Assembly (NCBI GenBank): GCA_963693365.1
Contig: CAVNZM010000001.1
Location: forward strand, 2,682,907-2,746,906
Direction: 5' to 3'
DNA from: Amoebidium appalachense
Lineage: Eukaryota; Protista; Ichthyosporea
DNA length: 64,000 nucleotides
Below, piece by piece: positions 34,999 through 59,847 of the stretch. Position 1 is the first letter of the stretch. The number at the start of each line of letters is the position of its first letter. The notes beneath the pieces are model-generated. The model had not been told where the DNA came from, did no database searches, and saw only the letters and a program-made list of their open reading frames with translations. A program made the translations under genes and the position numbers.

Positions 34999-35545
34999 AT
35001 GACGGGGGCTGGGGCCACACGAGTTGCCATTACCTGTGACGCTGTTGTAAGCGGAGTAGCTTTTGCTACCACAAAGGTGGGTTCACCCACTAAGATAATG
35101 TACAGGTTCACCAAACAGAGAAAGCTCCTAATGTTAGTGAGTGGTAAAAACTTTAACGGGGTAGAGTCGGGCATGGTCATGATGGGGGGCAACACGGAGA
35201 CGTAAAAGGCTTAGGTGTGCGACCAATCTTATCTTACGTGTGTGTGTGTGTGTGTGTGTGTATGCGTTGGGTGAGGTGGGGGGAGGTGGGGGGAGGGGAG
35301 GGGAGGGGGGGGGGGGGGAGGAGAACTGGGGGACCCTCGGAGAAGGGGGACCGGGGGCGGAGAGAGGCCTAGGGGGGGGGGGGGGGGGGGGGGGAGAGGA
35401 GGGGGCCGGGGTGTAACGAGGAGGCGAGGGAGGTGGGGAGGCGGAAGGACAATCCCCCTGTTTGTATTACTGCACTTTGCACAGACAGCACACAGCTCTT
35501 CATGTTGTGATGTGTGGACGGGAGCCACATTGCATAAACCAACCG

Positions 35546-35581
<36 letters not shown>

Positions 35582-36968
35582 ACCACCACCCCTCTCCTCG
35601 AATGACCTTCCGCCCCCTCCCCTCCCCCCCCCCCCCACACACACACACCTCCCCCTTCCCCCCCCCCCCCCCCCCCCCCCCCTCCCCCTCCCCAAAAAAA
35701 AGAGGAAAAAAAAAAAAAAAAAAAAAAAAAAAACCACTCACCCACTCACCCCACCCAACCCCCAACCCCCCACCCCTTTTCCCCCTACACACAGAAACAC
35801 TTTATGAAAACACCTTCGAACATCAACGCTCACCTTCCTACCCACCCAGTTATCAGCACCCGTGTGCCTTCCGCTGGCCATCTTCGGCAGTCTATACGTC
35901 ATCTTTTAGGTTTACCAAAAATGGAAATACGACCGCCCAAATTTCAGCATTATGCAGTTTTTCCCGGCGCTAATTAGCCTCGCCGATCTTTTGTGGAGCA
36001 TTGCAGCCCTATTCGTAACATGCCTTACGTATTTTGATTCGAGTTCGTGCGGGCATAAGGGCGTGTGTATGTTTATGGGATTTTCGCACACATTTGGAAT
36101 TATGCGCGGCAACGTGCCCCGTTTTGGTGGCGATAAACGTGTGGGTGGTGATTACAAGAAACCGTCCTGTGATTTTTCGAATATTCGCACATATCTTCTG
36201 ATCGGATTTGGAATTCCCGTTGTCCTCGCGGCGATTCCGTTTGGTTTCCACAAAGGTTATGGACCGTAAGTGCTGTATCCAGCAAGCGCTCCTATTATTT
36301 TGCTGAATACATCCCCCTTCCCCCCCCCCCCCCCCAGCCCACCCGGTCCAGTGACACCACCATCACCACCACCCTCTCCTCCTTTCCCTCTCCCACCTCC
36401 CGCATTCCCATTTTATCCCCCCCCACCCAATCCCCCTCCCCCTCCCCCTCCTCCCTTTTAGACAAAATCCCCCCCCCCCCCCCCCCTCCCCCACCTTCCC
36501 CCCCCCCCCCCCCCAGAAAAAAAAAAAAAAAAAAAAAAAACCCAACCCCATCCCACGTTTTCAAATTGCCTGTTTGTTTGCTGGACTTCTTTTCATTGCT
36601 CCCTCCCCTCTCGGAAATACTTCCTCTCCGTCTTACGCTCTCTCACTCCCCCCCTCCCCCCCCCCCCTCGGGGCATCATAACCTTTTCCTCCTCCCCATC
36701 TTCCCCTCTATCCCTTCTCTGCACTACCCTCCCCCTCTTCCCCCCCCCCCCCCCCCAAAAAAAAAAAAAATGAATAAATCGTACACCTATACGCGCGCGC
36801 ACACACACCACACACATACACACAGCACGCACACACACGCACACACGCACACGCACACACACACGGCGCACACGTGCATACCGTAACGAATGCAAAAACC
36901 TGATGCCATATAGTGCATCACCTTTCTCCACCCCCCCCCCCCCCCCCCCCTACCTTATTGCCCGGCCA

Positions 36969-37016
<48 letters not shown>

Positions 37017-38089
37017 ACACATCCTCCCGCCCCCTTCCTCGACGTGTGGACCCCCCCCCCCCTTTCCCCACGGATTCTCACACTCACTCATTTGAGTATC
37101 ATTCTCTTCCAACCTCAATCCATAGATCCCTCTTGTGGCTTTCAACACATCCACAGTCTCATAAATCCGCTTCCCCATCTCCTCAGCAATTTGTAGAAAA
37201 GAAGGGTGTGATTAACGGGTGCTGTTGGATGGTTTTGGTTTGGTTTGGTTTTGGTGGGGGGAGGGAGAGGGGGAGGGGGATGGGGGGGGGGGGGGGGGGG
37301 GGATGGGGGGGGCAAGCTGATTACGGATTGCTGACAATTGGCAGATCACATGCAGGATTGCCCTGCGGTGCGGAGTGAAACATCTCACACTCAGCGTGTT
37401 CTTCAATGCAGTTATCCCAATTACCTCCTTCTTGATACCCGCGTTTTGCTACTTGACATCCACGCACATGCTGAGAAGATCGGCAAAATTTCGTGCAAAC
37501 CACGTTTTAGAGAATGCGCAAAATCCGTCTATCTCTCAACATAGATCGCACCCACCCACTGCGAGAAGGGGGAGCAATCAACCAGAGCAGACTAATCGAA
37601 TTGGATCCAAAACTGTTGATCACGTGATCCGTTACCCATTTGCGCAGGACATCATACACGACCCAAATAGTACTAGTGATAACATGGTACCCAACGAAAT
37701 GATATCTAACCAGTCAAAAAAAGACGTGCAGGCGTACCTTATCATGTACGGGCTTGGTATAACTTCTCATCAACCCACAAACACAGTAAATTTTCCAGAA
37801 GAAATCGAATTCGAGGAGGTTATTCACGGAATACCATCCACATCCTCAATTACATGCGCGCAAGCAAGTCCAAATCAGGATATATCTCGGCATTTGCAAT
37901 TGGCTGACCGGCCTGTTGCCGGTGCCATGTGCCCTATTGAGGGTGACATGGTTGCTGCTGCCTCCCAGCCTGCCGTCCCCATCACCCACCGTGAATCGGT
38001 ATGTGTTTGGCCTTTTATATTACGCTGTTGCCTATTCTAGCCATCCAACCCCCCCCCCCCCCTTCTCCCCCCTTCCCCTCCCCCCCCCC

Positions 38090-38120
<31 letters not shown>

Positions 38121-38616
38121 GCAAGAAGAAAAAAAACAGTAGAAGGAACACTGCCGTTACAGGGGCCTACCGTAATTTCATGATCTCCATCTCTCCCCTC
38201 AGGCTGTGTGCATATTCCTATATTTGAGCACTTCAAACACTTAACCACCTAACCCCCCCCCCCCCCCCCGTACCGTGTTCCGCATTCAAACCCCCCCCCC
38301 CCCCCCATCTTCTCCCCTCTTCCTCGTGAGTTCCTTTCTTCTCGTTCTCTTTTCCATCTCACCTCCCCCCTCCTCCCCCCTCCCCTCCCCCTCCCCCCTT
38401 CCCCCCACCTCGCGGCTCCCATCCTTGCACTTCTGCCATTCCTTTTCGGACACATTGGCCCTTCCCTGTTGATCGAATTGATACACCGGAGATTTACCTG
38501 GTGTAGCCTGTCTCTCATGGGGCCATGAAGGGGGAAGTGGAGGCTGTTTAAGGGGAAGGGGGAAAGGGTTAGGGCATTTGGGTTTGAGTTTATTTTTTTT
38601 TTGTGTGTGTGTGTGG

Positions 38617-38648
<32 letters not shown>

Positions 38649-38902
38649 AGGGGGGGATAGTAGGTGGGGAAGGGGGTCGTGATTGGGGTGAGAGGGAGAG
38701 GGTCAAGGTAGATAAGAGTTTGAGAAGGAAGGTGTATTGGGGGGGGGGGGGGGGGGGGGGGGGGTTAGGGTGGGGGTGGGGGGAGTTGGGGGGGGGGGGG
38801 GGGGGGGAGGGATGAAAATACGACAAGATCCTAAGTTCGTCATGCTCTCCTATGCACAAATCCCGCCTTTGCCACTCATGTAAGTTGCGTAAAATACCTT
38901 AG

Positions 38903-38933
<31 letters not shown>

Positions 38934-39514
38934 TCGTTCAACCCCTAGCCCCCCCCTCCCCCCCCCCCCTCTTCCTCTCCCCTCTCCCCCCTCCCCCCCC
39001 CTCCCCACTCCCCAACTCCCTAACTCCTTCCACGTTTTCACCCCAGTTAACTATCATGTTTCTCCAGGCAACCCAGGGGCTTCGTAGTTTCAGTTTTCCC
39101 GCCATTCCAAAACCAACACATGTGATTGGCCCACACAGCACCGCAGTGCCCACCAACAACCAATCAACACTCACTATGGCCTCTGACGCCGAGGGATGTC
39201 GATCAGCCCAACAGCATCGGCTGCACCGCTACATGAATGCGTTTGTGCTCGTGTACATGGTCACTTGGTCTCCCTGGATGGTTTTTAATCTTTTGTCTCT
39301 TATATAGGCTAAGCCTCCGTTTTGGCTGGGTCCCATATAGGGCGTGTGTGTGTGCTCGTCTGGTGTTTTGAACGCCGGGGTGTACCTGGTGTTTTTAAAG
39401 TCTTATGATTCGGATAGTTCACGGTTGGATAATAGGACGTGGAGGGATGGTTAGTGGTGGTGTAGGGTTAAGAGGTTGTTACTGTGTAGATGGGGAGACT
39501 GAAAGCGTGTGTAG
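34999..39514 (+). pseudogene. Disabled paralog of the adjacent cAMP-receptor/Git3-like GPCR
   Basis: Same exon layout as 41460-46190 (34999-35076, 35850-~36265, ~37355-37998, ~39068-39514). Lesions: TAG at 35907 where the paralog has AAG, a 2-nt deletion near 36103, TAG at 39305, and further stops in the tail. Confidence 0.85.
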
Positions 39515-40121
39515 CTTAAGAAATGATTGGCATGAAGCATGTGCGAAACCTACGAATTAGAGTTAATCAATTGTTCTTTGCATGCTTGTTGCTTCTGAAA
39601 GGAGTTATTAGGAGCGAGATATGCCCTACATACTGTTTGCTTGGTTGGGAGGAACCCCGAATAGTCAGCACAGATTTCTAGCCCTAACTTTTGTGAATTA
39701 ATGCTGCCCAAGTTACCATGGCAGATACTATACAAAAAAACCTGTACATTGCAAATAAATACATACGGGTACCTGTTTTTGGAACCAAAACCTGTATTAC
39801 TGAGTACGAGTTGAAACACTCGAATTCTTGCCCATTAATTACGGTAAACGTAGTATGCACCGCCACAGCACGTTTATGTGTGTTAATGGGCAGCATAAAA
39901 TCATGAGTTGCAACTGCGTATTTGAACATCGGATACATCTGTACAATACAGGCAGCAAGGTTTGGCAAACACCCCGCTGGGCTGGTATTCAGTTGCTAAA
40001 TTCACAGCTGGGGGAGTGCAATCGAAATCTCACGCTGTGTGTGTGTAGAGCGCGCGCGTAGGTGTGTGTTCATGTGTTTATGTTGTGTGGTGAGCCGTGG
40101 CTGTGCTTGCCACTCTGTGCC

Positions 40122-40156
<35 letters not shown>

Positions 40157-41459
40157 CCTCCTGCCCCTCTCCCTCCCCGCCCCTCCTGCCCCTCTCCCTC
40201 CCCCTCCCCTCCCTGCCCCTCTCCCTCCCCCCCTCCCCCCCCCTCCCCCTCACATATGCACACCGAACGCACCTCCCACTGCAGAGGCAACTAGAAATAG
40301 GCTCCATGAGCCATGTGCGTGTGGCCCAGGGGAGGGGAGGAAGGGGCCGGGGGGAAGGGGGGGAGGGGGCGAGGGGGATAGGGGGGGAAGGTGTGGAGGG
40401 GGAGAGGGGGTGGGGGGGGTGGGGAGGGGGGAGGAGAAGAAGCCCGGTAAGATATTTATAAGAAGGCCTACTATCCTGGTTCTGCACCCTGCCACAAGTC
40501 AATGGAACGGTTATGTGGTTGACTTCTATTTTAGATACTGGTGGCCAACAAACCAATTTGATTACAATGGAAGGCGGTTTTATTTGCAAGCTGCTTTGGA
40601 ATGTGGACCTTTAGTTAGTCCTTGAGGCTGTTTTACCATATATGGTAGCATTTTTTTTACCTTTTAAAGCTTTTTCGGCTGGTGACACCGTGTCCAATCA
40701 AATCACTTCTATATTTTTGAATCTCGTGTTTTTCCAAACCAGAATCGGCATGTGCAAACCAAGCACTTTTGGGTAGAAATGTACACACTGATATATATAA
40801 AAAAACATACAAACAAAAAGAAAATACGAGAAAAACCTAAGAAAAAAATGGTACAAGAAACACCCGATTTACATGTTAAACCGTTGAACTGTGGTAGATA
40901 TCAGTTTTTCTAGATTGGAATCCATGTGGCTACATCGTGCACGTGCATTCGATCACTGTTACTGTGTACGTGTGCCCCTGGCTCGTGGCATTGTTCCTTT
41001 GCATCTCTCCCACGGCACCCCTGGCCACAGGCCTGCCCATGCCCCGGAGGAGTACTCATGTACGAGACGTGTGCCCTGGAGGACTCTGGAGATAAGGTTT
41101 TGAGCCTCACTCTCTGATTTTTAGGCATAGGCAGGCACAACTCACAGCATCATCACTGAAATGTTACTGCCGGTTTCAAGTAGAGGAGAAGCCAAAATGC
41201 AAGAATTTTAGGACGGTAGTAAGGTTACCTGGGTTAATGTCCTACGTTTCGCGCGTCCAGGATACAGTAACGTTTCAGGCACAGAATCTTTCCCAGCCAG
41301 CCTTCCAATTAGGCTATAATGTGTTTGCTAAAAAGGACAAGGGAAACAGTGCAAACGATTATCCAGCAGGTTGGTAGGAGGAAGCACGGTTGTGTGTTCC
41401 CAAACGTAAACCACTACACTTCCACGTTTTCTTTTCTTTTTTTGTTCTTCTCCCCAAAA

Positions 41460-46190
<4,731 letters not shown>

Positions 46191-46956
46191 AAGTTGGCTG
46201 TCATAGATCGTGGTCGTGCCTATCGAAATCTATATCATGATTTCTTTAGATTATTAAAGGGAATCCGCACCTTTTTGCTTTTTATCCCAGTTTACTGTAT
46301 GCGTACGTACGTGCACATTCGAAATTCGTGGTGCTCTCACCACTAATGCCATACGTTTGTACCATTCACGGCCACCTTTAGGTGCTTAAAATAAATAATT
46401 ATCAACCTCACCTCGAAGAAAGCTTCAGTAATATACATACCACCACATTGTTTCATGAGCCGCGGCCATGTGATGTCGGTGCGTAATTGTACATGTTGTA
46501 GACTATGTTGCCTACGTTTCCTGCCGCACTAAGCGGTGAGTGGCGAATGGGAGTGGGAGAAATGATGCTGACACGACCTGTTGCATGTCCAAAGAAGCTT
46601 CATTAAGCTCAGCACACAAAAACTCATAAAACCAAAATCTAACCGGCAACCAACTTGAAGACGCACCAGGCCCAATGAGTCTCTGATCCGATTGTGGCTC
46701 ATAATAGAAAAACCGGTGAGTAGTTGAATAATTATTTCAAACCCTTATAAAAATTTAAAACCTTAAAGCATGGTCCGAGGCGAAAAAACGGTGACTCTGA
46801 GTTCAATAAATTTTAGCAATAATTACCCACTGCCACATACACATTTTGTACAAGTTTGCATTCAGCGGATCCCCGACGATGAAGCTCTGGTAAAGCTTAT
46901 TATTACCCTTTAGGATGTCATACCTTGTCCACCCCCCCCCCCCCCCCCCCCCCTCC

Positions 46957-46994
<38 letters not shown>

Positions 46995-47243
46995 CCCCCC
47001 TCTCCCACCCACACCTACCCACCCAGGCATACACACGCACAAGCACACACACACTCATACGCACACGCGCATTCACATGCGCACACACACGTGCTGTACG
47101 CAGCGCACCGTTATACAAGCACGCACGCACCTGCACACACACACAAACACACAAACGCACACAAACACACATGACACACGTACACGCCCACGCACACGCA
47201 CGCACACGCCCGCACGCGTGCGCACACACCCACACACCCCCCC

Positions 47244-47297
<54 letters not shown>

Positions 47298-48735
47298 CAC
47301 ACACACATAATACACGGTACCCAAAACTGGCCGCACTGCCGGGGGCGGGCGAGTCTGCATGCATGCATGCTCAGTGTGATGCCGTGGACAGAAAAAGGCC
47401 TGATCATAATGGCCGCTTTGCATGTCTTTTGATATCTGCTGGAAAAAAGTCGTTGAGCTTCGTTGTCCGCTGAGCCACCAACCGCGTTTGTAATATGCGC
47501 ATCAGTGCGCTTGGCAACCCGACGGCCATGTACAAACGCACAGTAATTCATACACTGTATCTGCTACTATTTTTCCTCGAACAAACGCACCGCGTAACAA
47601 TGCATATGTACACACGCGTTTGAGCACACGCAGTGTACGCACACGCGTGTCACGTGCACATGTATGCACAAAAGCGCACGCGCTTGATTTCCACACACAT
47701 ACACATGCGCGCGCGCACACACACACACACACAAACACACACACAAAGCCACACATGCATACACCTAAAATGTTTACGCGTTTGACATGCGTGCAAAGAC
47801 GAACACATGCACAACACACGCACGTGTACATGTGCACCCGACCCGTGCAGAATCTCAGATCCAAAATTAATAGATCGCTGTGAGTCTCTATTGATATCCG
47901 CCAATCAACGCGGTCGTGCTTTTTGCGCCAAAAGCCATAGATGACGTCACACCTGTGGACCACGTGGCACACAGCAAAGTGTTTTTGTTTACAGCGACAA
48001 ACCGGCAATAAAAAGGGGCGAGAAGCTTCCAAGCTGCGTTTTGCGCTGCTGAATGCTCATGGTGCCATATGGCATGAATAAGGGCTCCAAGCCGCGGCCC
48101 GGCCTTGCCATATCTCTCGGTAGAGGCAACACAATAAGTTGCCGTTCAAATGCATGCATGTCCATTATGATAATTGCTTCGCCGTGCACATTTGCCTACA
48201 TATGTAGCTCAAGCTATGTGTACACGTTTGAACTTAGGTTTCGGTTTACACATAAAAATCGGCCAGAATACCCTGGCCAAGTAGCAGGCTAAGTAAGGTC
48301 ACATTTCATGGAAGAGACAAGAAACAAACACACCGGATATGCGTGTCGACAACATTCCTGCTGCCGCCTGAATTCTTGTACAATCAAAGCTGGCTGCTGC
48401 GTTTCATATGTTCTGCAACATTGATATTTTGCATGTAGTACCATCAAAGACAATTGGTAGCGAAAACAGGATTGCAGTAAGGAGTACTTGGGTGAAAGAA
48501 TAACCAACGGCCCATTGATAACCGTTGAAACGTGCTGTCTGTCCACATGATAGCTACGATTACCGTATAGGGTGTTCAGGCTTCAAGAGCTTGGTGAGGC
48601 TCAATAGATGAAGAATATGACCCATAAAACTCACAAAACCCAGTGACCGGTACCTTTCCTGGTGTAATCTATATTTCTATTCAAACACTGCAATATCCCT
48701 ATTACATAGCGCGGCCTGTCGCTCATATTTTCATA

Positions 48736-55668
<6,933 letters not shown>

Positions 55669-56172
55669 TTTGATTGGCTAAATCATATAAATGACTTTTA
55701 ATGCACATTTTTAGTGAAATGGCCTAGGTCATTGATTGATCAGTCAAGCCACTTTGTTGATCATCAGGCACAGTATTGAAGCCCACCAGCTAGCTGTAGC
55801 ATAAAAAGTATGCTAGGGTCAAATGTGTGGGCAGGATTTCAGCCAAAATCGCGTGTGAGCATGCCAATAAACCTTTTTTCAGTTAGTTGACGGCAGATCT
55901 AGAAGCCAAAACCTCAAACTTCTTTCTAAGTCTCTCCCTCTCTCTTTGGGGCACTCTAGTTAATGCACTAGGCCAAGATGCGGCACAAAATAATAAATGG
56001 ACCTATTTAGCGGCCTGGTCACCGGGAATGTATGAATTGTGTTCTATTCATCGGCATGAAAAAAAATGGACGAGATTTTGCCTTTCAACATATATTGCCG
56101 GTTTCCGTTACCGTCAATTATAGTACAGCTTCTTCCTAGCTGCGATGCACATTCAGGTTATCAACATTGGTT

Positions 56173-56221
<49 letters not shown>

Positions 56222-56407
56222 ACCTACCCACCCACCCACCCACCCACCCAGCCCACCTCACCCCTATCTCAACACCCCCTCCTTCCCTGAATTCCTCTCT
56301 CCCCCCTGTCCTTTCTAATCCTTTTTGTCGCATCAGATCACCCTCGGTTGTGCTATGTGCACCTGTGCCCCCCCCCCCCCCCCCCCCCCTCCCCCCCCCC
56401 CCCCCTC

Positions 56408-56445
<38 letters not shown>

Positions 56446-57366
56446 CCTCCCATCCCCCATCTTTCCTCCCGGGCCCCGAAAACTCTGCAAAATTATCCTG
56501 TAATAGTTTGACATCGTGAGGTTACGGTGTGTGTCCTCCGGCGCTTTATCATAGCGCTATAGCGCGCCATATGCCAGTACTGTAATTATCCCCCCCCCCC
56601 CCCCCCCCTCCCCCCCCCCCATCCCCCCCTCCCCCCCCCCCGGCGCCCTTTGGTTCCCCTCCCTCCGGACTCAAGCAAGTTGGCAACCAAAGGAGTTCGG
56701 GCAGATAAATCATAAGGTAGCTAAACATATAAATAAAACGCTGGGACAGTAAGGTGCAGAGGAATGCTCATGCAGAAAAAAATTTGCAGCAAGAACCTCC
56801 TGCTAGTGATGAGATGGCAGTCGGAGCAGATGCTAAATTAGGAAGTGCTGTACGGTGTTGATTATTTTCAGCTACCAGGCAATCACTCTTTTGTTGTGCC
56901 CCCCCCCCCCCCCCCTCCCCCCTCCCCACCACCACCTAATATTAGAGGAGATGCTGAGGGGAGGGGAGAGGCCGGGCCCGGGGGAGGAAGAGAGAATGGG
57001 GAAGGGGGCGGCGGGGAGGGGGGCCCGAGGGGGGGGGGGGGGGGGGGGCTGTACGATATAGGGGGTCCGGCTTGGAGGAAGAACGTCAGGGACAGGGAAA
57101 GAGAGTAGTGGAGATGATTATAAACTAGGCGAGGGGGGGTGGATGGGGGGCCCCGGGGGGCGAGGGGGGGGGGTCTATAGGAAAATATGAACTGTGAATT
57201 CGCTGATCATATCAGGCACACTTTGCCGAAATTTAAAATAAGTATATAAACGTTCTGCAGTAAGGAACGGAAATTTTTGACACGCAATGGCTTGGAGGAA
57301 GGACAGAAATATTGGAGAGGGGAGGCCTAGATAGCAAGGGCTGGCGCAGACTGGGTGCGGCCACGG

Positions 57367-57405
<39 letters not shown>

Positions 57406-57779
57406 CATCCCTTTGGGGGGGGGGGGGGGGGGAGGGGGGGGAAGGGGAATTTCGAAGGGGTAACATGTGAATTCGTTATAGAAGCCCCCATACACCTACT
57501 GTACGTGCCACAGTGCGCTCTGGAGTGCAGACCCGTGCATTTGGGGGGGTGGGGTGGGGGGGGTGCATGCATATCAAATTAAAACTGTATGCCTCAAATA
57601 AACGTTGTGCTAATCACTGTGGTGGAGAAGGTAGTGGTACGCCTTCTATGTCTACATGAGCATGTTTTGAGGTGCTCATGCTCATGACCATTGTACTCCT
57701 ATGTAGGAAACGGAAGTGATAGACAATGAGATAGACCGGTGTCGAGATATGCCAGCCGGCTTGGTGAAATTTCTTTTGC

Positions 57780-57825
57780 AATCATGACGTCATGTCAATA
57801 ATCGATGCGCCTTCCGATTGGTTGA
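57780..57825 (+). promoter_or_regulatory. Candidate SELENOW promoter elements
   Basis: Palindromic CATGACGTCATG (CRE-like TGACGTCA core) and an inverted CCAAT box (GATTGG) 150-190 nt upstream of the ATG; motif match only. Confidence 0.3.
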
Positions 57826-57971
57826 AAGAGAGGACGGTAAAAAAATGGGTACTTCTTCGAAACTCGAAAACAAAAAAACACAACACAGGGAGGAACCATT
57901 CAAACCAAACCGAGTCTACAAGCTTTAACAAAGAACTCTTGTAAACCTTTTCGTAATCCTCTGAAAGTAAA

Positions 57972-58497
57972 ATGGCGTCCGGCCCAGTTAAAGTGCATAT
58001 CGTCTACTGCGGTTCCTGAGGCTACGGCCGGCGGGCTCGGGCTTTCCAAGACGAAGTGCTCAAACTGGGCAAGTTTGACGACAGCGAAGTTGTCTTCAAC
58101 ATGGAGGTTTGTAGCCAACACATCTTCAGTTCTTTGCCGCATGCCATGTAGGTGGTTAGTTTCAGGTATAGCACGTGAATGTGCGGTTTAACACAGGGTA
58201 CTTTAGAGAAGCTGCTGCTGTTAGTGCTAGGGTCCGTGGTGCTGTGCTATCATAAGGCTTGCTGCTATTGGGTGTATACACTCGAGCTCATTATATTTTC
58301 TGAGCATAAGGGACTGTAATAAGACCCCAGCTCCAGCAGGCACCAACATATTTCTCTCTTTGCAGGCAACACCTACTCGGACTGGCAAGTTCGAGGTGAC
58401 GGTCAACGGCAAGCTAGTGCATAGCAAGGACGCCGGCCAGGGCTTCCCAGAGGGCCCTGCAGTCGAGCAGGTCGTGGCTGCCATCAAGCAGGCCTAA
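57972..58497 (+). CDS. SELENOW: Selenoprotein W (Rdx family), 88 aa, Sec at codon 16
   Basis: Exons 57972-58106 and 58366-58497: MASGPVKVHIVYCGS-U(TGA 58017)-GYGRRARAFQDEV...FNME/ATPTRTGKFEVTVNGKLVHSKDAGQGFP...AAIKQA*. Contains CxxU and the TGxFEV..LVHSK..GF signature. Missed by the ORF track. Confidence 0.95.
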
Positions 58498-58770
58498 CGC
58501 CCTTAAGGTGGGCATTCTTTTTATCTGTATTACTAGGTGAAAAGGTTGTTTGTTGCTTGTGCTTATTTTCATGGTCCTTTGCATCAAGTTGAAGAAAACA
58601 CAAGGAGTGCTAAGACAAAGATCCAGTGTTGTTCGTTTTCCTATCTTGTTCGTTATCAATGTACTGACACACAGAATATACCCACGTGTTGTTTCTGACT
58701 AATAACATGCGCACACATACTCTGCAGGGTTTAAGCGTTCGTGCTGCAGTTCCTTGACCGATAGCTGGAC

Positions 58771-58840
58771 TCGTTGCGTATGACGTGTGCAGGACAAAGG
58801 CACAGCCCGTCTGCCACACCAACACCACCCGAAACAACCA
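58771..58840 (+). promoter_or_regulatory. Candidate type II SECIS element in the SELENOW 3' UTR (atypical 3' core)
   Basis: ATGA(58780)-12 nt-AAA, mini-stem GGC-ACA-GCC, and helix GTGTGCAGGAC/GTCTGCCACAC. The expected GA reads AA at 58821; the next GA is at 58831. Confidence 0.55.
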
Positions 58841-59847
58841 CAACCACTCCCTGCCGCCAAAAGGAAAGCCCAGGGACTGGGTGTGTGTGTTGTCGGGCTG
58901 GGCAACAACGCCGGTTGATAGCCTTGGAAGGCTGCCTGCACTAACCGCTTGTAAATAGGCCAACTCAAGTTGATAATAAAGGGAAGCTTTATTCCACAAG
59001 CATTGTGTTGCCTTTCCCAACCCGACAAACTTGCTTAGACTCAACAAGATAACTGACAATAGGTGAACTGTACCTAGTACACACGACTCATGGGACAGTT
59101 AGCCTTTTGCCAATTTTGCTGCGCTGGGTGGTCGGCCCCCTTTTTCGGAGAACCACGCCGCGGCTAAGCGTCTGCATACTTGCTCAACTCCTTCGTAGTG
59201 CTCGCACTCCATTTTTTTCTACTTAGTAGCACCGTTTTGCACACAGGTTGCGTCTCACCAGCACATACGACTTGGGGCTATATGTCGACATCCTTTGTGT
59301 GCATGCGTCTGTGTGCACCCCGTTGAGCGTGCTCTCTGTGCGCGTGAATGCTCTTAGTGAGAGTCTGTGCGTGTGCACACGGGTGCAAAGTACGTGTTAG
59401 CAACGAAATTCTCTTTGTCCACACGGTCTTTTTCCAGCAGGCGCTTTGGCGAGCGTTCAAGTCCCCTAAAAATGTTCAAGTCCATGTCGGTCATCGGTGC
59501 CCCGGGATACGCACGACCAGCCGCGTTCTCGGAGCACTTGGAACTCTTTCTTCTGTTCTTGGAACTCCAGGATTACGTGATTGATCAGACACTTGAAAAT
59601 CGTATCCATAGTCACCGGTAATTTTCCAAGCTGCTTTTAGTATGCATCATAGGTGTACGGAATCTAAATTCAACTTTACCGGAATTTGATAGCCTTTGTC
59701 TGGTGCAGCTCCGCATGCGCATGCATATTTAGCAAGGCAAACAAGTACTTACGGGGAGTTACACACTTTCAGTATGCCACTTCGTAATTCTTGGCGTCCC
59801 GTGTCATCATACCAGTCACAGTACTGCACGTTAGTGTACCAGGCAAA

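Noticed and set aside
46255-46275. Kolobok-like left end TTAAAGGGAATCCGCACC
   Set aside because: No matching right-hand inverted repeat found nearby.
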